A stretch of DNA of 64,000 nucleotides, taken from NCBI GenBank assembly GCA_045106415.1, contig JBGCEP010000004.1:1-64000 (forward strand). The letters run 5' to 3'. Shown piece after piece: positions 10,666-19,373 of this stretch. The translations under genes and the position numbers were made by a program. Origin of the DNA: Oligoflexales bacterium. Its GTDB lineage: Bacteria; Bdellovibrionota_B; Oligoflexia; Oligoflexales; Bog-1112. Under the pieces are notes generated by a model, which was not told the origin of the DNA, ran no database searches, and saw only the letters and a program-made list of their open reading frames with translations. How positions within the stretch are numbered: the first letter of the stretch is position 1; the number at the start of each line of letters is the position of its first letter.

Positions 10666-11127
10666 ATGTTTATCATACCTGCTACGCTGATTGGGATCGT
10701 ATTTTTGTTTTCTTCTTGTGCCTCAGAAGATCCTCAAAGTGCTCGTGGCCCTGTAAGAGGGGAGGAGCACCCCATTCGTTTTTCTCTAGAACCAGGCCGC
10801 TCGATCAACGGCTTTCCTCATATGCCGGATCAACAACCAATTCTTGTTCACTGGCATTATCCTAGTGGAGCGACGGAGTCAAGAGTAGGGTTTCGTCGAT
10901 GGGATTTTAATGCAGATAAACGAACAGATATGCTTGACGTACTTAATGTTGAAGGAAAAATCACAGCGAGAGCATTTGATTTTGACTCAGACGGTAAAAT
11001 TGATGCGAGCTGGATCAATACAGATGGAGGTCGGTATTGTTGGGGGGCTGAGTGGAGAGAGTGTGAATCGAATTTGCAGCCTATGAAGTCTGCGAAACTG
11101 GATTCGTTGTCTAGTAAAGACGAGTAA
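10666..11127 (+). CDS. Lipoprotein with DxDxDG-like Ca-binding motifs
   Basis: Lipobox FSSC; motifs DFNADKRTD and DFDSDGKID. Confidence 0.7.
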   Translation: MFIIPATLIGIVFLFSSCASEDPQSARGPVRGEEHPIRFSLEPGRSINGFPHMPDQQPILVHWHYPSGATESRVGFRRWDFNADKRTDMLDVLNVEGKITARAFDFDSDGKIDASWINTDGGRYCWGAEWRECESNLQPMKSAKLDSLSSKDE

Positions 11128-11539
11128 CCTTCCCATTTAAGTGAGAAGGAAGTTTGTGTGAAAAATCCTGTGCCTCACTTTGTGTCATAAACCAGCCGCT
11201 ACGAATTTTATAAACCATACGATCCTCTAAAATCATAGGTGTGTAGAAAGCATCGACCCCGCTCTGTTTGAGCTGATAGATGACTTTCTCTGCTTCGCTT
11301 CGGGAGTATGAAACACCTAATTGAAGAGTATAGTCTCCTTCAGGAATGGCTTGAAAATCTTCTGGTGCATGGCCGACTGCGTGATAGAACAGCTTTTCTG
11401 ACATTGTTTCCCTGAGCTTTTGGGGTGGGGTTTGTTTTATGGCATAGTGTGCTGTGATAACGAGTGCGGATATAAAAAAGAGACATCCAAAGATGACTTT
11501 GAATAAAAGAGCTGGTGTTGTCAGTTTTTGTTTTCTCAT
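11111..11539 (-). CDS. SPOR-domain membrane-anchored protein
   Basis: N-terminal TM helix; YTLQLG...EAE...L...G...YKIRSGWF...EA pattern. Confidence 0.8.
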   Translation of the reverse strand: MRKQKLTTPALLFKVIFGCLFFISALVITAHYAIKQTPPQKLRETMSEKLFYHAVGHAPEDFQAIPEGDYTLQLGVSYSRSEAEKVIYQLKQSGVDAFYTPMILEDRMVYKIRSGWFMTQSEAQDFSHKLPSHLNGKVTRLY

Positions 11540-11617
11540 ATGTATATTTTACGATAACCCGACGGTGATCCCTAATTGATTTTTTATGGTTGGTATCACA
11601 GTGGTGAAAGAGGTTAA

Positions 11618-14212
11618 ATGAATATTGAGTTGAAAAAGATTCAAACCCATAATTTAAAAGGGTTTGATCTTGAAATTCCTTTGGGTGAATGGACGGTTGT
11701 CACCGGGGTCTCTGGTTCAGGAAAAAGCTCCCTGGTGTTTCATACTTTATACGCAGAGGCATATCGCCGTTATGTTGAAAGTCTTTCGAGTTATGCGAGG
11801 CAGTTTTTAAAGGCACTTCCAAAACCTTCTCTTAAAGCTGTTGAGAACCTTCCTCCTGCGATTGCTTTACGACAACAAAAAGCTAGAGCTGGAGCTCGCT
11901 CTACGGTTGGAACAATGACTGAAATTGTAGTGTTGCTACGTTCTCTTTTTGTACAGCACGGGCAAACCATATGTGATTGTGGGAGCCTTGTTAATATTGA
12001 TTACCCAGCGAAGATAGCAGAGTCTTTTCGAGAAAAAAAAGAAGATCTATGGGTTTTAGCTCCCTTGGATGAGTGGGAATTATCACCTAAAGAATTGTGG
12101 AGTTGGCTAAGGCAACAGGGTTTTGCCCGTTGTTTTGAGAGTGGGAAGCGGACAAAGTTAGAAAGTTATGAAAAAACAGGTGTGCCACAAGGAGTTTCAC
12201 TCCTCATAACAAAGGTGAAGCCAGAGCAGACATATAAAATTGAAGAAGCTTTAAGCTTAGCTTTTCGTGTGGGTAAACGGCGAGTAATCGTCTTGTGCGG
12301 TGACGATCGTATGGAGTTTTATAATGAAATGCGGTGCAATGCATGTCATAAAAAATTTCGCGTCCCTTCAGTGGGGCTTTTATCATGGAATCATCCTCTT
12401 GGAGCTTGTCAATCCTGCCAAGGCTTTGGGCGTGTTCCTGTTTTAGACTGGGAGAAAGTTCTTCCAAATCGAGATTTAAGTCTTTTTGAAGGAGCGGTTG
12501 CCCCACTTGCTTTTTCGAATCATGACCGCTGGCTCACGAAATTCTCTGGCGATTTACATAAGCCGTTGGTTCAAATGGGGGTAGCAGAGGAGAAACAGGT
12601 AAAAGACTTTATTTTAAAGTACTTTCAGTGGGTTGATAGTAAAAAATATAAGTCTCACTATAGAATCCATAGTGCAAGGTACCACCAATATGAGACATGC
12701 TCAGCGTGCCGTGGTTATCGATTAAATGAACAAGCCCTTTCTGTGCAGTGTTCAGGATACCATTTAGGCGATTTGTGCCAAATGCAGTTGTCTGATGTGC
12801 GTGAATGGCTCGGTTCTGTGCCGAAAAATGGCGTTGAGGAAACTCATGAGGAAGCCATGCAGATGCTCGATTACCTTAATGAAATTGGATTGAGCTATTT
12901 AAGTATTGAACGCAAGACAGAATCTTTATCAGGTGGTGAATTGCAGCGTCTGAAAATGGCACGCAGTCTAGGGCATGAGTTGACTGAAGCCCTTTATTGC
13001 CTTGATGAGCCCACTGCTGGGTTGCACCCGCTTGATGTTCAATCTGTAATCCGTGTGATTCAAAGATTAAAGTCACAAGGAAATACAGTTGTTGTCGTAG
13101 AGCATGATAAACAGGTCATTCAGCATGCAGATCATTTCATTTGTTTAGGTCCAGAGGCAGGGCATAGAGGTGGGCAGGTTGTCTCCCGAGCGAAAGAAGT
13201 TGTGTTTCAGCAAAGCTCTCAAAACAGGTTAATGACAACTGTGCCTTTGTCTTTTCAGTCGGGGAGGCTTCATAATTTAAAAAATCAATGTGTGACCTTA
13301 CAAGCTCAAGCGCTTAATCTTATTTGTGGTGTGAGTGGTAGTGGGAAGTCAACGATGATTCGCAAAGTACTAGTGCCTCAAGTTCTTGATATGATAGCAG
13401 GAAATACACAGCATAGGTTGCTTGATAAACAGTGGGAATGTTTTGAACACGTTCTTGTTGTTGACCAAGAGCCACCAGGGAAAAGTAGGCGCTCGAATAT
13501 AGCGACTTATCTTGGAGTGATGGACGAGCTTCGAAAGGCCTTCGCTAAGGAACCTCTTGCGCAGCAATTAGGTCTGAAATTAGGGTCTTTTAGTTTTAAT
13601 GTGCCGGGAGGGCGGTGTGAAGTCTGTCAAGGTGTGGGTGAAATTGAAGAAGAAGTATCGTTTTTGGGTGCTGTGCAGCAGGTTTGCCCAGACTGTGAGG
13701 GGCAAAGGTTTGATGAAAAAGTATTGTCCGTGCGCTGGCGGAGTAAAAACTTGAGCCAAGTTTTATCGCTGACTGTTGAAGAAGCTTTAGAGCATTTTCA
13801 TGACCAAAAAAAAATAGCTAAAATACTGACCCAGGTTGTCGAAGCGGGCTTGGGATATCTTACTTTAGGGCAGTCTACAAACACATTTTCTGGAGGGGAG
13901 TCACAGAGGTTGAAATTGCTGCATGAGTTGGTGCGAGTGAAAAAAGAAAAACCTCATCTGATTGTGCTCGATGAACCAACAGTGGGATTGTCAGATCAAG
14001 ATGTTCTTAAACTTCTTGAAAACTTGAATATTGTGATTGAAGCAGGTCATACAGTGATTGTGATTGAACATCACATAGGGTTGTTGAAGGCAGCAGATTG
14101 GGTGATAGAAATGGGCCCAGGAGCTGGTGATCAAGGAGGAAAAGTGACTTATCAAGGTTCTATGGAAGGCCTTAGAGAAGATTCTCAATCGAACACTGCA
14201 AGATTTTTGTAG
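11618..14212 (+). CDS. uvrA: UvrA-family ABC ATPase (compact, 864 aa)
   Basis: Two HNLK/GVSGSGKS Walker A regions, signatures LSGGE and FSGGE, LDEPT twice, and Zn fingers (CQSCQG, CSACRG, FSFNVPGGRCEVCQG). Confidence 0.9.
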   Translation: MNIELKKIQTHNLKGFDLEIPLGEWTVVTGVSGSGKSSLVFHTLYAEAYRRYVESLSSYARQFLKALPKPSLKAVENLPPAIALRQQKARAGARSTVGTMTEIVVLLRSLFVQHGQTICDCGSLVNIDYPAKIAESFREKKEDLWVLAPLDEWELSPKELWSWLRQQGFARCFESGKRTKLESYEKTGVPQGVSLLITKVKPEQTYKIEEALSLAFRVGKRRVIVLCGDDRMEFYNEMRCNACHKKFRVPSVGLLSWNHPLGACQSCQGFGRVPVLDWEKVLPNRDLSLFEGAVAPLAFSNHDRWLTKFSGDLHKPLVQMGVAEEKQVKDFILKYFQWVDSKKYKSHYRIHSARYHQYETCSACRGYRLNEQALSVQCSGYHLGDLCQMQLSDVREWLGSVPKNGVEETHEEAMQMLDYLNEIGLSYLSIERKTESLSGGELQRLKMARSLGHELTEALYCLDEPTAGLHPLDVQSVIRVIQRLKSQGNTVVVVEHDKQVIQHADHFICLGPEAGHRGGQVVSRAKEVVFQQSSQNRLMTTVPLSFQSGRLHNLKNQCVTLQAQALNLICGVSGSGKSTMIRKVLVPQVLDMIAGNTQHRLLDKQWECFEHVLVVDQEPPGKSRRSNIATYLGVMDELRKAFAKEPLAQQLGLKLGSFSFNVPGGRCEVCQGVGEIEEEVSFLGAVQQVCPDCEGQRFDEKVLSVRWRSKNLSQVLSLTVEEALEHFHDQKKIAKILTQVVEAGLGYLTLGQSTNTFSGGESQRLKLLHELVRVKKEKPHLIVLDEPTVGLSDQDVLKLLENLNIVIEAGHTVIVIEHHIGLLKAADWVIEMGPGAGDQGGKVTYQGSMEGLREDSQSNTARFL

Positions 14213-14374
14213 TTGAGACAGTCCTTGGCCTTAGGGCTTCTTTGAGTTACTTTGATGCCCGCAGCGATTGAGTTCGTTGTCGGTTGTATGAAAAAATTTA
14301 TGGTTTATTGATTGAGCAGCTCGTCTTGTGATGAGTTAGAAAATAAAAGCAGACTGTTTGTAGTGGGGTGAGGC

Positions 14375-15469
14375 ATGAGCCAAAAGCGCGATTATTATGA
14401 AGTTCTTGGTGTTGATAGAGGTGCTGATGCAGCACAATTGAAAAAATCTTATAGACAAGCTGCTTTGAAGTATCATCCAGATCGAAATCCTGGAGATGCG
14501 AAAGCTGAAGAAATGTTTAAAGAAGTTTCTGAGGCTTATGAAGTTTTATCTGATGATCAAAAAAGACAAGTCTATGACCGTTTTGGCCATGATGGTCTTT
14601 CTGGTCAAGGTTTTGCTCAAAGAGACCCAGGAGATGTGTTTTCATCTTTTAGCAGTTTATTTGAAGATTTTTTTGGTTTTTCAGGTGGAGGAGGCTCTTC
14701 AAGAGGGAGAGACCTTGCATATGAACTCGAGCTTTCCTTTGAAGAAGCGATGTCTGGGACTGAAAAAACCATTCAATTCCAGAGGCCAACATCTTGTGAG
14801 CCATGCCATGGCACTGGTTCTAAAACACGTGAACGTGTGACTTGTCAAATGTGCCAGGGGCATGGACAGGTTCGTAGGAATCAAGGGTTCTTTAGTGTTG
14901 CGACGACATGTCCAACGTGCAGAGGGGCTGGTAACCAAGTTAAAAATGCTTGTCACAAATGCAAAGGCCAAGGGGTTGTTCAAGGAGAACGTGAGCTTAA
15001 AGTAAAGGTGCCGGCAGGTGTTGATAATGGCCAAAAGCTGCGCGTTTCAGGTGAGGGTGAAGCTGGGGATGACGGTGGGCGACCTGGGGATCTTTATGTT
15101 GTTTTAAATATTGCTGAGAGCAAATATTTTGAGCGTCATGACTCTCATTTGATTTATCGTCAGCCTATCGGTGTTGCGCAAGCTTCTTTAGGGTGCCAGG
15201 TAGAAGTCCCTACCCTAGAAGGCAAAAAAATGATCGATGTCGTTGCAGGGACGCAGCATGAAGATCGGATGGTTCTTAAAGGGGAAGGGGTGCCTCGGTT
15301 GAGAGGAGGGACTCGTGGAGACCTTTATATTGAGTTTCAGGTTAAAATTCCTGAAAAGTTAACGAATGAACAACGAGAATTATTGCAAAAGTTTGCTGAA
15401 TCTCGTGGTGAAGCTATTAAACCGTGTAAAAAAACAGAAGGCAGCTTTTTCCAAAGAATTTTTGAATAG
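14375..15469 (+). CDS. dnaJ: Molecular chaperone DnaJ
   Basis: J domain with HPD, G/F-rich linker, four CxxCxGxG repeats and the C-terminal domain. Confidence 0.97.
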   Translation: MSQKRDYYEVLGVDRGADAAQLKKSYRQAALKYHPDRNPGDAKAEEMFKEVSEAYEVLSDDQKRQVYDRFGHDGLSGQGFAQRDPGDVFSSFSSLFEDFFGFSGGGGSSRGRDLAYELELSFEEAMSGTEKTIQFQRPTSCEPCHGTGSKTRERVTCQMCQGHGQVRRNQGFFSVATTCPTCRGAGNQVKNACHKCKGQGVVQGERELKVKVPAGVDNGQKLRVSGEGEAGDDGGRPGDLYVVLNIAESKYFERHDSHLIYRQPIGVAQASLGCQVEVPTLEGKKMIDVVAGTQHEDRMVLKGEGVPRLRGGTRGDLYIEFQVKIPEKLTNEQRELLQKFAESRGEAIKPCKKTEGSFFQRIFE

Positions 15470-15479
15470 TTTGAAATAT

Positions 15480-15517
15480 AAAAGAACGCTCTAAGAAAGA
15501 GCTTAGAACGTTCTTTT
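15480..15517. terminator. Probable bidirectional terminator
   Basis: AAAAGAACG-C-TCTAAG...CTTAGA-A-CGTTCTTTT between convergent genes. Confidence 0.7.
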
Positions 15518-15715
15518 ATATAATTAATCACATATAAACACATTTGTGCTATTTGTTACGCTCTGTCGCTACTTTTCTTATCAGATAGTTTATAGAATAT
15601 TCCCTTTTTATGTTCTGTTATTTTCGAGTCAGACTTATGGTAAGTAAGGGCCTCTTTGTTGAGAATGCCAGTATATTGGGCGATTTGTCTCAGAAGAAAA
15701 TTCCTATGACTGTGA

Positions 15716-16897
15716 TTATGCTGCGTCACTTGCTTCGCCGAGCCATGCAATTTGGCTGATGACACCAAGTTGCTCTGTTTTGGCAAAACTTGCTTTCCGT
15801 CCTCTGCGTTTTGTTTTTAAGGCTCCCATTGTAAGGGCTGTCATATCGTCGGTTTGTTGGAACTGTACGAGGAAATGCTTAAAACTTTGTCGTAGTGGAG
15901 CTTGTTTGAGTAAAGTGAGAAGTTGAGGAAGCTCGGGTTCTTCTTTGAATTTTTGAAATGCATTCAGAATATCTCTGGCGAGTTCTTTTTGATTGACGTC
16001 TGCTGCATGTGTGTAAAGTTGTGCTAAGTGCTGCAAAAAAGTTCCTCGGATTGCACTTGAGTGCTCGTGATCGAGTATGGTTTCTGTGAGGGCAAATAAA
16101 AACATTGAGAACTTTTCTGGTTTTCTTAGCATAAATGCCTTGAAGGTATTGCTGAAAATATATTGAGATGATGCATCGCCGTGGAGTACAAAAGGGATGC
16201 TTTCCTGCAAGTACTGAAGAGCAACACCTTCGGTTTTCTTTTGTGATAAAAGATTAAAAAGAGTTTCATACGCAGTGTATCCAAAGCGGCTCATGACTCT
16301 GTTGAAAGGTTCTTGTTGTTTTGTCTCAGCGCAAAGTGTTCCCATATAGTGAAGGAGGCTTAGTCTTACTGCCGTGGAAGTGCTGTTGCCAAGTGATAAA
16401 AGGTAGTTGTCCATGTGTGCAAGAATCCCTTTGGCTTTTTTGAACTCTCCTGGAAACTCCTCGTCAAATGCGCGAATCGCCATTCCGAGTTCACACATGA
16501 GAGCGACGCAAACAGCAAGGTAATCATCGCCATCTTGTCCATGGACAAAAGCAGCAGAAACAGAGACCTCTGAAAGAGCAATGCAAGCTTCTGCTCGGTA
16601 TTGATGTTCAAAAATTTCTTCTAGAAATGCATCAACGAGATCTTCAGATACTTTTGTTGCTATCATCCATGAAAGCAAACTCTCAAGGATAATTTCACAA
16701 GCTAATCGATCTTGAGATCGTTCGCAAAAAGTGACTGTGAAATGCCTTGTTAATGCAACGCAGTCAAGCTCTGAAAATGATTTTTTCATGTTTTTTGCAT
16801 CTTTAATATTAAGAAGAACACCTGTGTCAACGAGGGTGCGTGCGTTTTCTAAGTTTTTTACCTGACGCCAGTTTGTAAGATCTTGATGACGAGCCAC
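15716..16897 (-). CDS. Hypothetical all-alpha (ARM/HEAT-like) protein
   Basis: 393-aa helical Leu-rich ORF; GGAGG RBS before the GTG start; co-oriented downstream of the PilZ gene. Confidence 0.75.
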   Translation of the reverse strand: MARHQDLTNWRQVKNLENARTLVDTGVLLNIKDAKNMKKSFSELDCVALTRHFTVTFCERSQDRLACEIILESLLSWMIATKVSEDLVDAFLEEIFEHQYRAEACIALSEVSVSAAFVHGQDGDDYLAVCVALMCELGMAIRAFDEEFPGEFKKAKGILAHMDNYLLSLGNSTSTAVRLSLLHYMGTLCAETKQQEPFNRVMSRFGYTAYETLFNLLSQKKTEGVALQYLQESIPFVLHGDASSQYIFSNTFKAFMLRKPEKFSMFLFALTETILDHEHSSAIRGTFLQHLAQLYTHAADVNQKELARDILNAFQKFKEEPELPQLLTLLKQAPLRQSFKHFLVQFQQTDDMTALTMGALKTKRRGRKASFAKTEQLGVISQIAWLGEASDAA

Positions 16898-16921
16898 GGG
16901 ACCCTCCTGTGCAATTAAGAA

Positions 16922-17506
16922 TTAAGATGTAGCGACTGTCGCGATTTGTGTCTCTTGAATTTGTGATTTTTTTTGCTCTTTTTGAAGAAGCATTTCAATT
17001 TGCTGTAGAACTTGATGATCAATATTTTCAAACTGTAGCCCATACCCTTTAGGAAAGCGGGGGTCGTCATTAAAGCGAATGACGCAAGCTTGAGCGTTGA
17101 AAGATTTTAAGAAGCCGTTGACTTGGCATGTCAAACGCAGATGTTCGCCATGATCAAATGGTTTTTCGAAGGCTTCAATGAAAATACCGGAGGTTGATAT
17201 GTTGACACCTTTTCCAAAAGCAATGTCGCCTTGGTTGTGAAATATGACACGGCCGTCGATGATCGTCCGTGGGGCAGCTGGTGGTTGTTCGGTAATTGGA
17301 ACTTCTGGTGCCTGAGTTGCTGCTGCTAAGACCTCTGAATGGTGGTCTTTAAGAGGTTTCCACTCTTTCCATCCACCTCGAAAGACCCAAGCGTCTAAGC
17401 TAATAATGCTATGATCAAGGAGCTGAATAATGTGTTTAGGGCCAAAAGGACCAAGCTGGTTGTTTTGATGGTAAACATACCATGTTTCCTCATTTTTTTG
17501 ACTCAT
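16922..17506 (-). CDS. GYF_2 (DUF4339)-PilZ domain protein
   Basis: WYVYHQNNQLGPF...WVFRGGWKEWKPL matches GYF_2; NISTSGIFI...GYGLQF matches PilZ. Confidence 0.85.
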   Translation of the reverse strand: MSQKNEETWYVYHQNNQLGPFGPKHIIQLLDHSIISLDAWVFRGGWKEWKPLKDHHSEVLAAATQAPEVPITEQPPAAPRTIIDGRVIFHNQGDIAFGKGVNISTSGIFIEAFEKPFDHGEHLRLTCQVNGFLKSFNAQACVIRFNDDPRFPKGYGLQFENIDHQVLQQIEMLLQKEQKKSQIQETQIATVATS

Positions 17507-17583
17507 AAAAACTCCTTAATCAGTTTCTCTAAATAAACATTTGTTCCGCTTGCAGTATCAAAACTGAGTGGTCCGTGAGCCAC

Positions 17584-17611
17584 TTATCGGAAGATGAATA
17601 CATACTCTTGA
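17584..17611 (-). promoter_or_regulatory. Sigma-28 (FliA)-like promoter
   Basis: Minus strand reads TCAA-N16-TCCGATAA, about 80 nt upstream of the GYF_2-PilZ gene. Confidence 0.6.
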
Positions 17612-17680
17612 GGGATTCTTATTAAAGGAGTGTTTTGTTTTATGAAATCAAATAGATACAAAAGCCACGATCCTCAGGGA

Positions 17681-18235
17681 ATGACTTTACTTTTTTTACG
17701 AAAAAGTTTATCAGCGTTTATTTTGTTAGCGATTTCAGTGGTTTTAGCTCCCTCGCAAACCAAGTCTGAGAATATGCTGAAGTTTTCACAATCCCCTCAA
17801 ACGAGGCAGTGGAAACAGTTTATGAAGATGAAGCCTGGTGATTATCAAATGTTATGGGATTCTTTGAGCTTGGCTGGAGAAGGGTTCTCGTCGTGGAGCT
17901 GGGAGTGGAAAATAGGGTGGGTTCGGACCTGCAAAAAAAAGGCAGGCTACTGTCGAGAACTCCTGCTTCTTGCTGTTGAAGATCCTGCTGCGGTTGTTAG
18001 GAGTGCTTCAGCACAAAAAATAGCAAATTTATATTATCAGAGTGGTGACAAAGATTTTCTCAGCATCTTGTTAAAAGAAATGCAAAAAGACCGAAATAAG
18101 AAGCTTAAAAGTTCTTGGCCGGTTGAAAAACAATTGTCCTTAACAAGGAGATGTATTCTTGGGCCAACAATATTTAAGAAGCGTAAGCAAAAAGAAATGA
18201 GAAACGTACTTGCCAAAGTGTGTCGCACACGCTAA
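17681..18235 (+). CDS. Hypothetical exported protein with a HEAT-like repeat
   Basis: Signal-like segment after ATG 17681; LLLAVEDPAAVVRSASA resembles a HEAT repeat. Start uncertain (track gives 17630). Confidence 0.6.
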   Translation: MTLLFLRKSLSAFILLAISVVLAPSQTKSENMLKFSQSPQTRQWKQFMKMKPGDYQMLWDSLSLAGEGFSSWSWEWKIGWVRTCKKKAGYCRELLLLAVEDPAAVVRSASAQKIANLYYQSGDKDFLSILLKEMQKDRNKKLKSSWPVEKQLSLTRRCILGPTIFKKRKQKEMRNVLAKVCRTR

Positions 18236-18281
18236 AACATGCATGTGAATTAACACTCATTCTTAGAGTGTGTAAGTATGG

Positions 18282-18358
18282 GGTTCCATAGCTCAGCTGG
18301 ATAGAGCACCGGATTTCTAATCCGGCGGTCGGTGGTTCGAATCCACCTGGGATCACCA
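18282..18358 (+). tRNA. tRNA-Arg(TCT)
   Basis: Acceptor stem GGTTCCA/TGGGATC; D arm GCTC..GAGC; anticodon arm CCGGA-TTTCTAA-TCCGG; T arm GGTGG-TTCGAAT-CCACC; encoded CCA. Confidence 0.97.
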
Positions 18359-18404
18359 TGTGCTTACCATTTAAAAAACCAAACTCGGTATTCAGGAGGA
18401 CGCG

Positions 18405-19373
18405 GTGTCTATGACCTATGACAGTCGCCCAGCTATTGAGGTTGAGGGCGTTTCTCGAAGCTATGGTGATGTGCTTGCTGTCGACAATGTCCAGTTTTCC
18501 ATTCCTCGCGGTCAGATTGTTGGTTTGCTAGGGCATAATGGAGCTGGAAAGACTACGACTATCAAGATGATGACTGGTTTTTTAGAACCCTCACATGGGA
18601 CTATTAAGGTGAATGGTCTGCGTGTTGACGAGCATAGTCTGGAGGTTCAGCAGAAGATAGGTTATCTGCCGGAACACTCTCCTCTTTATCCAGAAATGAC
18701 TGTTGTTGAATATTTAGCTTTTGTGGCACGGATTCGTAATGTACCCGCTCCTCAGATACAAAGTGCAGTTCTTGAGGCCATGAAATCAACGGATTTAGCT
18801 TCTAAAATGCATGCTAAGATTCAAACGTTGTCAAAAGGTTTTCGCCAACGTGTTGGTGTTGCTCAAGCCATTGTGCATAAACCAGATATTTTGATATTGG
18901 ATGAGCCGACAAGTGGGTTGGATCCAGCTCAAATTTCAGCAATGAGAGATTTGATTAAAAGTTTAGCGAAACATTCAACGATCTTATTGTCGACTCATAT
19001 TATGCAAGAGGTTGAAGCAATTTGTGATCGTGTAATTATTATTATGCAAGGACATGTTGCTGTCGATTCTATGCTTCAAGACCTTCAAAAAAGTCATGAC
19101 TTAACTATGCTGCTCAAACAACCCTCTTCTGAAGTTTCTCCTTTCTTATCTGAGATGCCAGGGGTTGAAGATGTGTCTTTAGTAAGCGAACATGATGGTT
19201 TTTATCGGTATGCAATTCGAAGCACAGAAGTCGGTCGCCGAGACTTAGCGCCAAACCTTGTACGCAAAGTGACAGAAAAAGGTTGGGATTTATATCAAGT
19301 TGCACCTGAGGTGCGTGATCTTGAAACTGTTTTCCGTGATGTCAATTCAGGGAAAGGAAATCACTATGCATAA
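18405..19373 (+). CDS. ABC transporter ATP-binding protein (GldA-like)
   Basis: Motifs GHNGAGKTT, LSKGFRQR, ILDEPT, STH; AGGAGG RBS. Confidence 0.92.
   Translation: MSMTYDSRPAIEVEGVSRSYGDVLAVDNVQFSIPRGQIVGLLGHNGAGKTTTIKMMTGFLEPSHGTIKVNGLRVDEHSLEVQQKIGYLPEHSPLYPEMTVVEYLAFVARIRNVPAPQIQSAVLEAMKSTDLASKMHAKIQTLSKGFRQRVGVAQAIVHKPDILILDEPTSGLDPAQISAMRDLIKSLAKHSTILLSTHIMQEVEAICDRVIIIMQGHVAVDSMLQDLQKSHDLTMLLKQPSSEVSPFLSEMPGVEDVSLVSEHDGFYRYAIRSTEVGRRDLAPNLVRKVTEKGWDLYQVAPEVRDLETVFRDVNSGKGNHYA

Noticed and set aside
18250..18276. CIRCE-like inverted repeat TTAACACTC...GAGTGTG before tRNA-Arg
   Set aside because: The spacer is 7 nt rather than 9, the right arm is poor, and it is not upstream of a chaperone gene.
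18174..18359. 61-aa minus-strand ORF (MVIPGGFEPPT...)
   Set aside because: Typical antisense translation of a tRNA gene.
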